Assembly (NCBI RefSeq): GCF_001194135.2
Contig: NC_068992.1
Span: forward strand, 33,017,433 to 33,081,432
Source: Octopus bimaculoides
Lineage: Eukaryota
Length of the DNA: 64,000 nucleotides
Direction of reading: 5' to 3'
Below the pieces are notes generated by a model. That model did no database searches and was not told where the DNA came from. It was given only the letters and a program-made list of their open reading frames with translations. Made by a program: the position numbers and the translations under genes. This document shows positions 50,321 through 63,375 of this stretch, in pieces. Positions within the stretch are counted from its first letter, which is position 1. Each line of letters begins with the position of its first letter.

Positions 50321-51097
50321 ATCAAAGGTAAAAAACACAGCAAACGGAAATCGTCAAAACATTACAAGCAGGAAAAGGATGATAGCACAACAACGGCAAA
50401 CAGGACAAAGCAAGATAACACGCACAGCCAGTTGCTTCTTCAGTCGGAGTCTGGAACGTCTACATAGTGTCCCTCAATCCTATCTGACACTACTCAAAAC
50501 CAGTTGGGATGAGGGCTTAAGCTGAAGACATTAAGACCCTGAGCAAAGCAAACGAATGTACATAAACAAACACCAAACATGAGGAAATAACAAAGAGGGG
50601 GGGGGTCTTTCAACTACTGGACGAACGTAACAAAGAAATAGAATCATACATATACAATGGACAAAAGCCTTTCGGCTATCCAACAAAATTGAAGCAAAAC
50701 AGAGTCTCTAGACTGTTTTGCTTCATTTTTTGTTGGATAGCCGAAAGGTTTTTGTCCATTGTATATGTATGATTCTATTTCTTTGTTACGTTCATCCAGT
50801 AGTTGAAAGACCCCCCCCCCCTCTTTGTTATTTCCTCATGTTTGGTGTTTGTTTATGTACATTCGTTTGCTTTGCTCAGGGTCTTAATGCCTTCAGCTTA
50901 AGCCATCATCCCAACTGGTTTTAAGCGGAATCAGTGAAGATTGAGCAACACTGCATAGACATTCCAGATCTCGATTGAAGAAGCAATTGGCTGTGAATGA
51001 TCCGTGTATCTTGTTTTGTCCTGTTTGCCGTTGCTGTGCTATTGTCCTTTTCCTGCTTGTGATATTTTGATTTCCATTTGTTGTGTTTTTACCTTTG

Positions 51098-51099
<2 letters not shown>
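50321..51099. repeat. 779-bp palindrome (arms ~385 bp, 10-nt spacer)
   Basis: 50321-50702 is the reverse complement of 50713-51099. The right end abuts (TA)n. Confidence 0.95.
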
Positions 51100-51126
<27 letters not shown>

Positions 51127-51129
<3 letters not shown>

Positions 51130-52690
51130 ATTAGTTCTGTGGTATAATGAAGGTTGATGATATTGGTTAATAAATAGAAAGAGAATTCAGTGTGAGATAA
51201 GATGAGCCCATTTATTAGTAAGGCATACACAGTAATGGCTTCTTACTATTAGGAACCCGAATGTGTTCTTTTAAACTAGAGAGTTCCCGTAAAGGTAGGT
51301 GACTAATCTAAGGGAGATAACAGCACATCCCCCTTTCAAGTTAAGAATTCATAATGACAGTTTCTTTGTTGGTCGAATTCTCCTACCACTCCAGGTGTAC
51401 ACTACTGGCTTGAGACTTTCTGAGTTGGCTGGTGGGACATCCCTGTGTGCAGTGAACTGGGTCTCTAGTTGGTCAGCTTGTTTGGTGAGATGTTCAGCTG
51501 AATTGCCGCAGCTGTACTCAGGAGTGTCTCTGGGTACGGTCGGTAAGGTGGACAATTCTGTTGGGGGTAGCTACCTGAGGAAACTTAGTTTTCCCACTTC
51601 TTTTGCAAAGACGGCTTCTGTTTCAATGAAGCAGTCCTGAATCGACAAGTACTGACCTTGGTGATAGAGTTTTCACCAATTTGGCTGGACTGGTTTTAGG
51701 TGTTTTCACCTAAACTGGCTGTCCATCGATAAAAGGTACATGCTCTCTAGTTCAATAATGTTTGTCAAATTGACCTTTTGTTTCAATTTGAGATAAGAGT
51801 CTACATTTTTGTGCTGCTCAACTTTTTCTTGGCAGTATACCTATTCATCAACAGCTCTGGAGGACCCTTGCCATGTTTTAATGGAGTACTGCGATAATTA
51901 AGTAGTACAATATATGGATCACTTGCTTTTTTTTAGAAGGCTTTTAACTGTCTGACCTGCATGTTGAGCTTCTCCATTTCCTTGTGAATAATGGGGGCTA
52001 CTGTTGAGGTGTAAAAAGCCAAAACCATTTGAAAAATCCCTGAACTCCTTTGCTATGAATTGAGGACCCTTATTGGAAATGACAACCTCCAGTATACCAT
52101 ACCAAGCAAATATTGATTTGCAGTTGTCAAGGATACTGCTTGATATTGTTGTCTGTAGATGAGATACCTCTATCCATCTAGAATAGTAGTCAATGACTAA
52201 TAGACATCTGTGTCCTTTCAATTCAAACTAGTCCATTCCTACCTTCTGCTTTGGATAGTCAGGTAACTTGGTAGGTTGTAGTGGTTCTGGTGAATATTTC
52301 TTTTCTTTATCACAGATACTACATTCTCCTATCTTCTCAATAATTTGCTTGGAAAGGCCTGGCCACCAAGCATTGTCCCACACCACGATACCTTGGTGTC
52401 CTTTGTGTAGATGAGCCAAGATGTCTTTTTTGAGGTCTGCAGGGATGAGGAGTCGGCTCTAATATAGTAAGCGTCCCGGATAAACCGTTAGGCATTGCTG
52501 TACAAACCAGTAGGGCCTCAGTTCCAGACCTTGTGTGGCTGCTTGAGGCCAGTGGTCCATACTGTAAAGGTTGATAACTTGACCACATGGTCCTGGGTTC
52601 AGTCCCATTGTATGGCATTTTGGGGAAGTGTCTTCTGCTACAGCCTTGAGTCAACCAAAGCCTCAGTAGTGAATTTGTTAGATGGAATCT
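51127..52690 (-). mobile_element. 5'-truncated Gypsy LTR retrotransposon: integrase, PPT and 3' LTR
   Basis: HHCC region LHKGHQGI...WWPGLSKQI...CSIC...PEPL. Core LLVIDYYSRWIEV...ISNKGPQF...SSPHYSQGNGEAQ. Tail VYTWSGRRIRPTKKL. PPT CTTGAAAGGGGGA (51328-51340) abuts a TG...CA LTR (51127-51327) containing AATAAA on the minus strand. Confidence 0.92.
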
Positions 52691-53308
52691 AAAAGAAGCT
52701 TGTCTTGTGTGTGTGTCTGTCTGTCTTCTGTCTGTGTGTCTATGAGTGTGTGTGCATACCTGTGTGTGCATACCTGTGTGTGTGTAGGGAGAGTCTTTGT
52801 TTCCAAGTTTGTCCCCTTCCATCACTTGACACCCACTGTTGGTACGCTTGCATTCCCATAACTTAGCATTTCAACAAATGAGGTCAATAATATGTACCAG
52901 GCTTAAAAAGAAAAAGCACTGAGTTCGATTTGTTCAACTAAATTTCTTTAAGATGATGCCATAGTATGGCCACAGTCTAATGACGGAAACAGGTAAAAGA
53001 GAAAAAATAAAAGATAGAAGATATACCTGTATCTGAGCAGAATGTATGTGTTTATTAATATTTCATTTGTCACCACTAGAGCAAAATTTCACATTCTTAT
53101 TGACATTATGACTAATTGGTTTACACCACCTAAGACCTATGGAATATAAATTCCTTACTTGGAAAGCAAACCTGAGGGTTTGTGATAAGAATAGCATCAG
53201 GCTGTAAAACCTAAGCTCTAACAAACTCTTGCCGAAAACGTTATTATGAGCAAACAGATGTTAAACAAACAAACCATTATATGTGTATGTATATGTTTGT
53301 GTGTATGA

Positions 53309-53388
<80 letters not shown>

Positions 53389-53402
53389 GTGTGTGTGTGT
53401 GT
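53309..53402. repeat. (TG)n microsatellite
   Basis: Read directly from the sequence. Confidence 0.95.
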
Positions 53403-55749
53403 TAGTATTTGTCTCATCATTTCTTCACACTGATGCTACATTTGCAGCACTGACATATCTTGTCAGCTTTCATAAACCCTATGCCCTACACACCTCAGCA
53501 AGCAATTTGATATGTGAAGAAAGGTGGAATTTAAAATGCCTTACCAGAAAACCAAGTAAGGGGTGAAGAAGGAAAACAACTTATCAAGCCACACAATACT
53601 GTATCTATAAGTCTTGCTCAACCTATGTCAGCACACTAAAAGTAGGCATCGAAATGATGTTGATGATGATGCATTTTCATAGAGTCCCTCTAGCAAAATC
53701 TAATGACAAGTTGCTTTGATCTTAAGAATATATGGTAGAAAATAATTGTTCCAAGTTATGTACACTAGGATCAAACTATTTCGTTGCAAAGCTAACACTT
53801 TAACCACACAGTGAAGCCTGCACTGGGATTAGTTTCAAGATATCAATGTGGTTAGTGGCTGTTAGTGTAGTTAGTGATGTTAGCATTCCCCACATTTCAA
53901 TAAAAACTGTTGCATCAATTCATTTTGTAAGAGTTTGATTTCTCTGTCTGGTATCATGTAAAGATAAGCATTGCTAGACAATAATCTCACTTTTCTAGAG
54001 AGATAACAAACTGATAGATTTTACCATTCTTTAAATCAAGGCGATACTATCATTCTGATTACCTCAATTTGCCTGTGAAATATCTAATATTCACAAGAAG
54101 TGTAAATACACCATTACCAGTTGTCGGCAAACATTTAACAGATTTCTTTCTTTTTAAGAAGAAGAGACACAAAACTGCTGTTTTCTTGAAACCTTTCCAA
54201 TTATCACAATAGTGATCCTGATTAATTGTCCACATCAAAGACAGAAATTATTTTTGCATAAAGAGCATTTTCGATTTTTACTATTACATTTACTTCAAGG
54301 TATAATTCACACATAAACATGTGCATGCATACATACATCTTCAAAGGTGTTTTTATTTTGTTTGTCCCTTGTATATAGCAGTAACTGAGTTTTTAATGAT
54401 AAAAGTAAGATAGAATTGCTTGTGATTCAAATTCAGATAAATGGCATATCAAAATAGAATGAAATATCCTATTCTTACTTCTGTTCCATGTTCTCCCTCA
54501 TCTTTAAAGTAACTAAGCATCAACTACTAAATTACTGCCATTGTTTGTAAACCTACATATTATATGGGATACTTTACTGTATCTGTGACACCAAAAGAGG
54601 AATTATTATTGTTGTTGCCATGCCAACATTCATGATGTTGAAATATTCTAGCAACAAATACAAAAAAATTGAAATTGAAGTAAATCATATATTATTTGTG
54701 GAAAGTTTCTGCATTTTGTCTTTCATTGAGCAATTTGAGATATGAAAGTGATGGTAAAATAGCACCACATTTGCCATTAATATCAATATCTTATACTCCA
54801 CAATTTATTTTTATTTGCCATAATAAAGCAAAGTTTTAGATTTGAAAGAAAAAGAAAAGAAAAGAAGGAAGCACATATATAACAGGAATTGACATTTTTA
54901 AGAGTAATTGGTTTTGTTTCTTACAAAAAGGAAAGAGCCAACTAGACAATATATGAGTCTGGTCACTTAGTTGAAAACAAATACTGCGTTAAGACTTATA
55001 GAATATTAAGTTATTTCTCAACACGAGTCTAATATTTTGAATTAAAACATATTTTGGGAGAAAATTTAGGATACTATGTGCTAGTATCAGTGTTTGAATC
55101 GATTATTGTGAACATTAATGTTGACTTGATATTTATTTATCGCATTCAGTTTTGTTTCAGCAGCCAATTTAACATTCAAAAATATTTCTCAATGAGTACA
55201 CCAGATACAGATTGTTCAATTTTGTTGTATAATTATTGATGAGATAATTTTGTTTAAATATAGTTACCATTTAAAATACCTAGTTAAGATCTCTCATGCA
55301 TGCTTGAAAATCAGGCGGCAATTCTCTCCTATGTTCTCCTTTGGTTGTATATTTTTCAACCTTTTCCTATTGTCTGTTAATAGTCTTCAGGTGCTTCTTT
55401 AAGTCTTTACTATTTTAACTGGCCATATCTGGCTCAAATATTCTACCTGTTCTATATTCCAACTGATCAGATTCAACATCTTATACCTACCCTGCAATAT
55501 CTTTCTAGAATAAATGACCAAATCTTCGAAATCTCTCAGCTACATGTTTAATTTTTTAAAAATGTGAATAGATAAGCATTATATTCAACAGAGTAATCTG
55601 AATGCTAAAGGGTTAAGGTTTGGCAAAATATGGCTTGTGGTCATTTTGTTTTCCCCTTTTAGTTGGTGGTGTCCTTCTGAATATTGTTTATATATACCAA
55701 TAATCTGGTTGCCAGAATATCTGATGAGCAACTTATATATATATATATA

Positions 55750-55940
55750 TATGGGAGAATATACAAAAAATAACAACAGACGAGGACAGGTGGTGTAAAT
55801 AACAAAAGTATATATTAGTATGACGCTCGGGAATACGGAAAGTCTTTGACGTTTCGAGCTACGCTCTTCAACAGAAAGAATACGGAGACAAGGAGAAAAA
55901 CACGGAGAAAAAAAATTGAATAGTGTTCAGTCAACGGTCA
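55750..55940 (-). mobile_element. Short PLE terminal fragment flanked by (TA)n on both sides
   Basis: Homologous to 35470-35650 and contains the hammerhead motif. Confidence 0.75.
55843..55879 (-). ncRNA. Minimal type I hammerhead ribozyme motif (CUGUUGA core, GUC site)
   Basis: Minus strand: UCUUU CUGUUGA A GAGC GUA GCUC GAAAC GUC AAAGA. Confidence 0.78.
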
Positions 55941-55941
55941 A

Positions 55942-55998
<57 letters not shown>

Positions 55999-57577
55999 TC
56001 TTTTGTTTTAGAATCTTTGCAATAATATTTTCTTTGAATCTAATGAAATTTTCAGAAATTTTGGTGATTTTTTTTTCCCCTTCATTTTTGTTCCACATAG
56101 TTTCTATATTTTAAAGCCTAAAAAAGTGTTTTGAAGGAGATATTGCTGTATTATTGAGTAGATTGCCTATTTAGATATCATGTATAACACACACTACCTC
56201 ATACTATTTCAATTAATGAAAATGTTATATACAAATAAAATAGATCAGAAATGATCACAATGTAATTTTGTTCAGTATTGTAATATTTTTTCTCTTGCCA
56301 ACACCACAGTACCAAGGTCATATTAGTTATTTCACAAAAGGTTATATTTTGTGGTTTACAAACTGCAGATCAATTTGTTAATTTATTTTATATGTATAAT
56401 GAAACTGACCCTATTTAAATTCTTTTCCTCCTATGTCAATAGAAAAATAAAACAACAAATAGCCAGTATAGAATTTCTTTTGTCTTTTTTTATTCTGTTC
56501 TTTGCTACAATTATTTATTCAAATTACATGATCAACGATAAGAAAGCATAACTACTAGTCATGACCTTGTCATTATAATATTTACATCTGAAATAGTAGC
56601 ATAAACCAGAAATATTATAAATTTCATATTCAGAATTATTGATATTCTTTTTTATACAAACATATTAATAACATTTATTTGGACTAAGATCGATATTTTA
56701 CTTTTACATAGAAAATTTACATTTTCTAATAATTTTAATTATTTTTTCTTATATTTTTCAAAATCCTGATCCTTGGTAAAGTATTGGAGTTGTGAAATGC
56801 ATTGCTGAAGTCAAGTACTGACTATTACAAGAGCTTAGTAACAAAAAGTAATTAGTTTTAAATATCTGTTAGCCCAGCTCATTGACCAATGACAACTAAA
56901 TTGTTTCACTTGCAGAACAAAATAGTTTTAACTGATTCAATGAAAATGAGTTGGAGAGGCTAAAAATTAGAACAACTGTAGCACCCGTATGAACAAGATC
57001 AACAGTAATAACATTAGCAACAACCTCAATTTAATCATCAACCATACAGAAACTTATTTCAACATCTCTTGTGAAAGTGTCGAAAATTAAAATGAAATAA
57101 AATAATCAAGAAACAGTGATTGGTTTATAAAGAAAATCAATAGAAGCATAGGATGTATGTGAATGGGTGCATGCATGTTTGTAAATGTATCTCAGTATGT
57201 GAAAGTGTGTGTACACACACACACACACATATATATATAACAGTTCATATTATATGTGTCTGTGTGTGTGTGCATGTTTGAATATATGTCTGTGTATTTG
57301 AGTATGTGGGAATGGAATGGGAAAAAATCCATTCCATTTTAGTCATACCAGGAAAAGAAATTCTACCTCAAATCAAATTATTCTGTAAAGTTTATAAATT
57401 AAAAAGTATTTCCAAATGTCTCAGAGTTGTCTTTTTGAAAGGGAAGAATAAAACACCAATATAACCCAATATAAATAACTCCTTTATCGGTTTGTTGTGC
57501 TTCACTTTAATGCTGTTATCTTATCTGTTTATGTTATTTTATTACACTATGTTCATTAACATATGATTGTGTTCTTT

Positions 57578-57617
<40 letters not shown>

Positions 57618-58339
57618 GATAGATAGATATAGATATACTTTTACAATTATCTTTTCTTATAGAATGGCAGAAAGTTGATAGAGTAGGCAGAGGAAATTTG
57701 GTAAAAACACCTTGCATTATTAATTTACTTCCCTTTCCATTCTGAGTTCAAATCTCATCAGGCTCAACACTGACTTTCATTATCCCAAGGTTGATAAAAG
57801 AACTACCAACCAAGTAAGCGAATCAAGAAAAGTGCTAGGATGAAGGAGAGAAAGCCAAACTTCACTACCATCAGAGAAGTGTTCATTCTCCTCGGGCAGA
57901 AAAAGAATAGCTATATATTGAGTTCCATGTACCCAGTTTAAACTTATAGACATGTAAGAATAGTACAGGAAGCAAACTCCTACACAATAGTTAGCAGTAT
58001 ATTACTACATAAAACAAATGTTTCAAATTTCATGAAAACTCTGTAAGTACTTCATAGTTTTTGTTAGTTACACTGGTGACCTGATTAATTGGGGAGACAA
58101 GTGCTCTGAAAGCAATGTAATAAGAGTAAAAACAAGATGAGAAACTACTCCAAGAGTTATTACCTCAGTTGGTGACAAAGGATTTTCTTACAAGGAGTGA
58201 AATGCAGGTTATGTGATGTGTATGCATGGAAGGTATTTTGCATGCAGGATTCACCAATTGTATACTTCTAAAAAAATGTGAGAAATTGATAGGAAAGAAA
58301 TAGAGAAACAGATAAGAGGACAGTTACAGACACCAGGAA

Positions 58340-59600
58340 ATAATGGAAACAGCACTCTTGCAACAAAGAGGAAACTGTAATTTCTTTAAAACAAATTAAA
58401 GGCATCTGTGCCAAACAGAAAAAGAGTGCAGAGAGTGAATCTCCTTGAAATATTTCTCTTCTAATGGGGATGGTTTCAGTTTTTATAATCCCCTCTTTTG
58501 TCTGTAGCTGGTGAACTTTTCGCCGTTTATTCATGACGTTTTATACATCTTATTATTTTTGGTACTACCTTGTTCATGGCTAGTGTTTCCAGGATACACG
58601 TGTGAGGACTACTATCAAAAGCTTTCTGGAAATCAACCCAAGCCATGCTTAGACCTCCTTTTTCTTTCGGCACACTTCAGTTATGGCTTATTGCTCAATA
58701 ACTGATCTTTACAGCCATATGAACCTTTATAGCATCCCTTCTGCTCTTCTGGAAACAAGTTATTTACTTCTAGATATCTGCCCATTCTCTGTAATATTAT
58801 TGCAGTTAAGGTATTGTAAATTGTAAGAAGACATGTTATGGGTCTGTAGTTTTGCAGATTTGTAGTTTCAATAGATTTTGGAATTAGGATGTTTTTTCCC
58901 TTCTGTGAACCATTCAGATATTCTCTGGCTCTGTTAGCATCTCATTAACACCCATGAAAGCCACAAATCCCTACAGGTATCGAGACAAAGGGTATCCTAA
59001 TACAGGATAGAAAAACTAGATGCTTCATTTATTGGACTAAAACACACCTTAGAGTAGAACTGAAAAGATTAAACAAAACAAGGAAAAGAACAATAAGAGT
59101 AAGAGTTAAAAGAGCAATAAGCCCAAGTTTCCAGAGCACAACCAGCCAAAACTCTGGGAATAGCAAAGGGAAATCTTTAGGCCCATGTCACAAATAGACT
59201 ACTATTTTTTATCTCTTACAAGTACTAACCTTTTGATTCAACACTTACATCGTGTGATCAGAAAGGAATAAATTTAGATGGAAATTTCCCACAAACTCAC
59301 TGAAATTACGAGAGGAAACTAGAATTCACTGTAAAAGAAAATACAATGTAAAACAATGAAAACAGGTGAAGAGTAAAATTTCTTCTAAACAACAAAATCC
59401 CTCCTCAAGAAAATAGCAAAGAAAATAAATAGAACAAAGTTGAATTACAATTCACCTTTCTTCAAAAATCAAACTAACAGCTAATACACAAAATTACACA
59501 TCTCAGAACCTTGGAAGTAGAATGATGCAGGAATAATTACTCATGCATTTTTACATACCCAGACCACGTATCACCTTTTGTTAAAACTACTTCAACCAGT
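58340..59600 (-). mobile_element. Decayed R4/Dong-like (restriction-like endonuclease clade) LINE RT fragment
   Basis: GCYKGSYGCKDQLL..., GLSMAWVDFQKAFDSSPH..., TETIPIRREIFQGDSLSALFFCLAQMPL are motifs typical of R4/Dong RTs. Frameshifts and stops. The boundary near 59600 is approximate. Confidence 0.85.
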
Positions 59601-59874
59601 CTTCCATACAGTGACAGGAATGTCACTGCCAACCATTGATCTATGCTATATTCTTCTCTTTTGTTGTAACTCTTGTATTTCTTTGATACAAAGTACACAA
59701 ATGTACAGTTAGAAATAAGCCTGATAATTCAGCTCATGGTCAATCTGCATCTTCTGTTTTAAAGATAGAAGAAGTAGTGCTATATATTCCTCCTTTCACC
59801 TGATATGTCCAACTGAATATGTGAGACAAAATTTATTCTACTCCAACTGTTCATAAACAAAAATATATGAAAAA

Positions 59875-59998
59875 TCTGAAGGAACACTACAATAAGTGTG
59901 TGAATTTGAGAGGGAAACATGCTGAATAAAATCATAATTAACTGATCCACATGTATTTTCTTTTATCCAAAGCCAGGAACTTTTTAGCACCCCATCAT
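59875..59998. mobile_element. Partial second copy of the 45-261 MITE (right half)
   Basis: Similar to 141-261, ending AAAGCCAGGAACTTTTTAGCACCCCATCA. Confidence 0.7.
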
Positions 59999-61112
59999 AT
60001 ATGCTTCCCTTTGATCCTATAACAAAGAAAGGCTACTGAGTTTTACAAAATTCTCCCATTTACATTTTTCTTGTATCTGTGATAGGTCCAAAGAAGCTTA
60101 CCTGTTTATTTAATACTGAAGGAAGGACTGTCTTCACACAGTTTCTATCTGAATAACCCACTGAATTTGAAATTGCATAAGAAATACTACAGCTATCATT
60201 TTTTTTTTTTTGATTTGGGTCCTGCTTCTGTAACTGTCTCCCAAATTACTTGTTTGTGTATTTGGGACATTTTCTCCAGTTAATTGTTCAATATACTTTT
60301 CATTTTCATTTGTACATTTCGTTGTGTTTGTCTACATTTAGCTACAGTAGTGTTTTGTTGTGTGACATAGCTATGCATGGTTGCTTTTTGGATATGAAAA
60401 CGCAATGTGTGTAAATAATACTACAGAAGTTTGTGAAACAAATATCTTTTTGTCAGTTGTTGTTTACCCCTGGGTATTGGGAGCCAGCATTCCATAGACA
60501 ATTCTTTTTATAAGGCCAAATAAATATTTCACTTGGCAATGCTAGAATAAAATGTTTTTCAAAGAAGCAGCAAAAACCACACTTTCCCACTACATGAGTC
60601 CAATACCACTACAATAATAATAATAATAATAATAATCCTTTCTCTTATAAGAACAAGGTTTGTAATTTTTGGGGACAAAAGGCTAGTCTATTGCATTGAC
60701 CCCAGTAATTAGTTGGTAGTTATTTAATCGACTGTAAAATAAACGAAATAGAGTGGGGCTTGTTTGTAATTTGTAGAGAAAACCTTAAACGTACCTGAAA
60801 AAATACATGGTCTTTCTCCCCACTAAAAGACATGAAGAACTATGAAAGAGGGCAAATAAGTACAGTGGGGTGAGGGAAAGAAGAAAGAACTAACACTCAG
60901 CCGCTCTAGAAATCCCAGAATAAAAACGTAAACACCTGAAAGACTTTCCCTATATTCTTTATTAAATGTCTTTCCCTCTTCTTCATTGTTAAAAGTAAAG
61001 AAGCTAGAAAAGAAAAATCGCATTTCAGTCTAATTGTCATTGTAAATGACTGATGCTTCCTTTTCCTGTCTCTATCGCTTCACTCCTTTTCTCTACAGTT
61101 AAGAGAGTGAAG

Positions 61113-61435
61113 ATGCATGGCGGAGTGGTTAGAGGTATTTGGCCCACGATCGTAAAGTCATGAGTATGACTCCCGGTGGTGCATTGTGTTCTTGAGCAAG
61201 GTACTCTACTTCACCTTGCTGCAGTCCACTCAGCTGGCAAAAATGAGCTGTAGCTGTAATTCAAAGAAGCCAGCCTTGTCACATTCTGTGTAAGGCTGAA
61301 TCTCCTTGAGAAAAGCGTCATGGTATGCATGACTGTGGAGTACTCAGCCACTTGCGTGTTAATTTCATGAGCAAACTGTTCTGTTGATCAGATAAGCAGG
61401 AACCTCGTCGTCATAAGTGATAGAGTGCCATTTTG
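61113..61435 (+). mobile_element. tRNA-derived SINE (family of 6490-6865); partial repeat at 61740-61890
   Basis: GCATGGCGGAGTGGTTAGAG head, GCCAGCCTTGTCAC...GCTGAATCTCC...GGAGTACTCAGCCACTTG core. Confidence 0.85.
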
Positions 61436-61527
61436 TAAAAAAGAGTGAAAGAAAAGGAAATGTTCCGTATCGTAAGGCAAAAATGTTATGTATTTAGTAT
61501 AAGCAGTGAAAGCTAAGATGAAATAAT

Positions 61528-61683
61528 TGCTATTCCGTCGTGTATTTGACCTCGACTAATGCTCAGTTTGGTGACAACAACCTGCGCATTGGTGTTTATC
61601 TGGGGCTTGGCTTCCAGATCTGTGAAACCCACAAATGCTGCTGTTATGAACGGATTAACATCCATAGTGTCCCTTTCGATTAA
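61528..61683 (+). mobile_element. CRE-clade-like non-LTR retrotransposon C-terminal fragment
   Basis: AQFGDNNLRIGVYLGLGFQICETHKCCCYERINIHS resembles the CRE-type LDxxxLRIxVxLRLGxxICxPHxCxCGxxxDxxGxH zinc-knuckle region. Confidence 0.5.
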
Positions 61684-62038
61684 AAAACTGTTCCTGTCTC
61701 GATATAGGATCTTTTTTCATTTTCTCCCAACAACTTGAAGGTTCATCTTGCTCCAGTCCACTCAGATAGCCAAAATGAGTTGTAGCTGTAATTGAAAGGG
61801 GCCAGCCTTGTCATATTCTATGTGCGGCTGAATCTCTCTGAGAACTATGTTAATGGTATGCATGACTATGGAGTACTCAGCCACTTAATTTTATCCTCAT
61901 GTAGTAATGAAAATTGAACGTGGCATCCAATATTTGCTGTAGTTATTTGTTTTTGATTTAACAATATCTATGTATCTATGTATCAACTATTCTTTTGATC
62001 TATGTATCTACTGTCTCTCTCACTTTATCTCTTTCTCT

Positions 62039-62082
<44 letters not shown>

Positions 62083-62210
62083 TACTTCCTCTATGTCCTT
62101 CTATCTCTCGCTTTGCCACTCACTTCTTCCTTTGAAGTAAGTGTGACACACACCACAGGTACATACAAAAATAAAGAAAACTAAGCGTATTAATATTATT
62201 GATAATAATG

Positions 62211-62262
<52 letters not shown>

Positions 62263-62264
<2 letters not shown>

Positions 62265-63375
62265 TGATCACATTGCACTCCTCTGGAACTTCACCATTCA
62301 AACTGACAGAAAGATAGACGCAAATAGGCCAGACATCATACTGAAAGACTTCAGACAAAAATCATGCCTCCTCATTGATATGACTGTCCCAATTGATATA
62401 AACGTATCTGTCAAGACCTACCAAAAACTGAGCAAATATAAAGATCTTGAAATAGAAATTAGCAAAATGTGGAATCTGAAGACGAAAACAATACCTATTG
62501 TCATAGGTGCCCTGGGAATGACAGCGAAACGGGCTGATNNNNNNNNNNNNNNNNNNNNNNNNNNNNNNNNNNNNNNNNNNNNNNNNNNNNNNNNNNNNNN
62601 NNNNNNNNNNNNNNNNNNNNNNNNNNNNNNNNNNNNNNNNNNNNNNNNNNNNNNNNNNNNNNNNNNNNNNNNNNNNNNNNNNNNNNNNNNNNNNNNNNNN
62701 NNNNNNNNNNNNNNNNNNNNNNNNNNNNNNNNNNNNNNNNNNNNNNNNNNNNNNNNNNNNNNNNNNNNNNNNNNNNNNNNNNNNNNNNNNNNNNNNNNNN
62801 NNNNNNNNNNNNNNNNNNNNNNNNNNNNNNNNNNNNNNNNNNNNNNNNNNNNNNNNNNNNNNNNNNNNNNNNNNNNNNNNNNNNNNNNNNNNNNNNNNNN
62901 NNNNNNNNNNNNNNNNNNNNNNNNNNNNNNNNNNNNNNNNNNNNNNNNNNNNNNNNNNNNNNNNNNNNNNNNNNNNNNNNNNNNNNNNNNNNNNNNNNNN
63001 NNNNNNNNNNNNNNNNNNNNNNNNNNNNNNNNNNNNNNNNNNNNNNNNNNNNNNNNNNNNNNNNNNNNNNNNNNNNNNNNNNNNNNNNNNNNNNNNNNNN
63101 NNNNNNNNNNNNNNNNNNNNNNNNNNNNNNNNNNNNNNNNNNNNNNNNNNNNNNNNNNNNNNNNNNNNNNNNNNNNNNNNNNNNNNNNNNNNNNNNNNNN
63201 NNNNNNNNNNNNNNNNNNNNNNNNNNNNNNNNNNNNNNNNNNNNNNNNNNNNNNNNNNNNNNNNNNNNNNNNNNNNNNNNNNNNNNNNNNNNNNNNNNNN
63301 NNTGGTACAGTTGAGTTGGTTGTCAAAAGCAAACTCGACTTTGCAGAATGTGAAATAATAATAATAAGAAGAATG
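62263..63375 (+). mobile_element. 5'-truncated R4/Dong-like LINE 3' end (REL endonuclease) embedded in (TAA)n
   Basis: NDHIALLWNFTIQTDRKIDANRPDIILKD...IDMTVP...KLSKYKDLEIEISKMWNLKTKTIPIVIGALG is a PD-(D/E)xK-type REL domain. The 5' junction lies in the (AAT)n tract 62197-62262. A TGTGAAATAATAATAATAA tail follows the gap; that it belongs to the same element is assumed. Confidence 0.88.
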
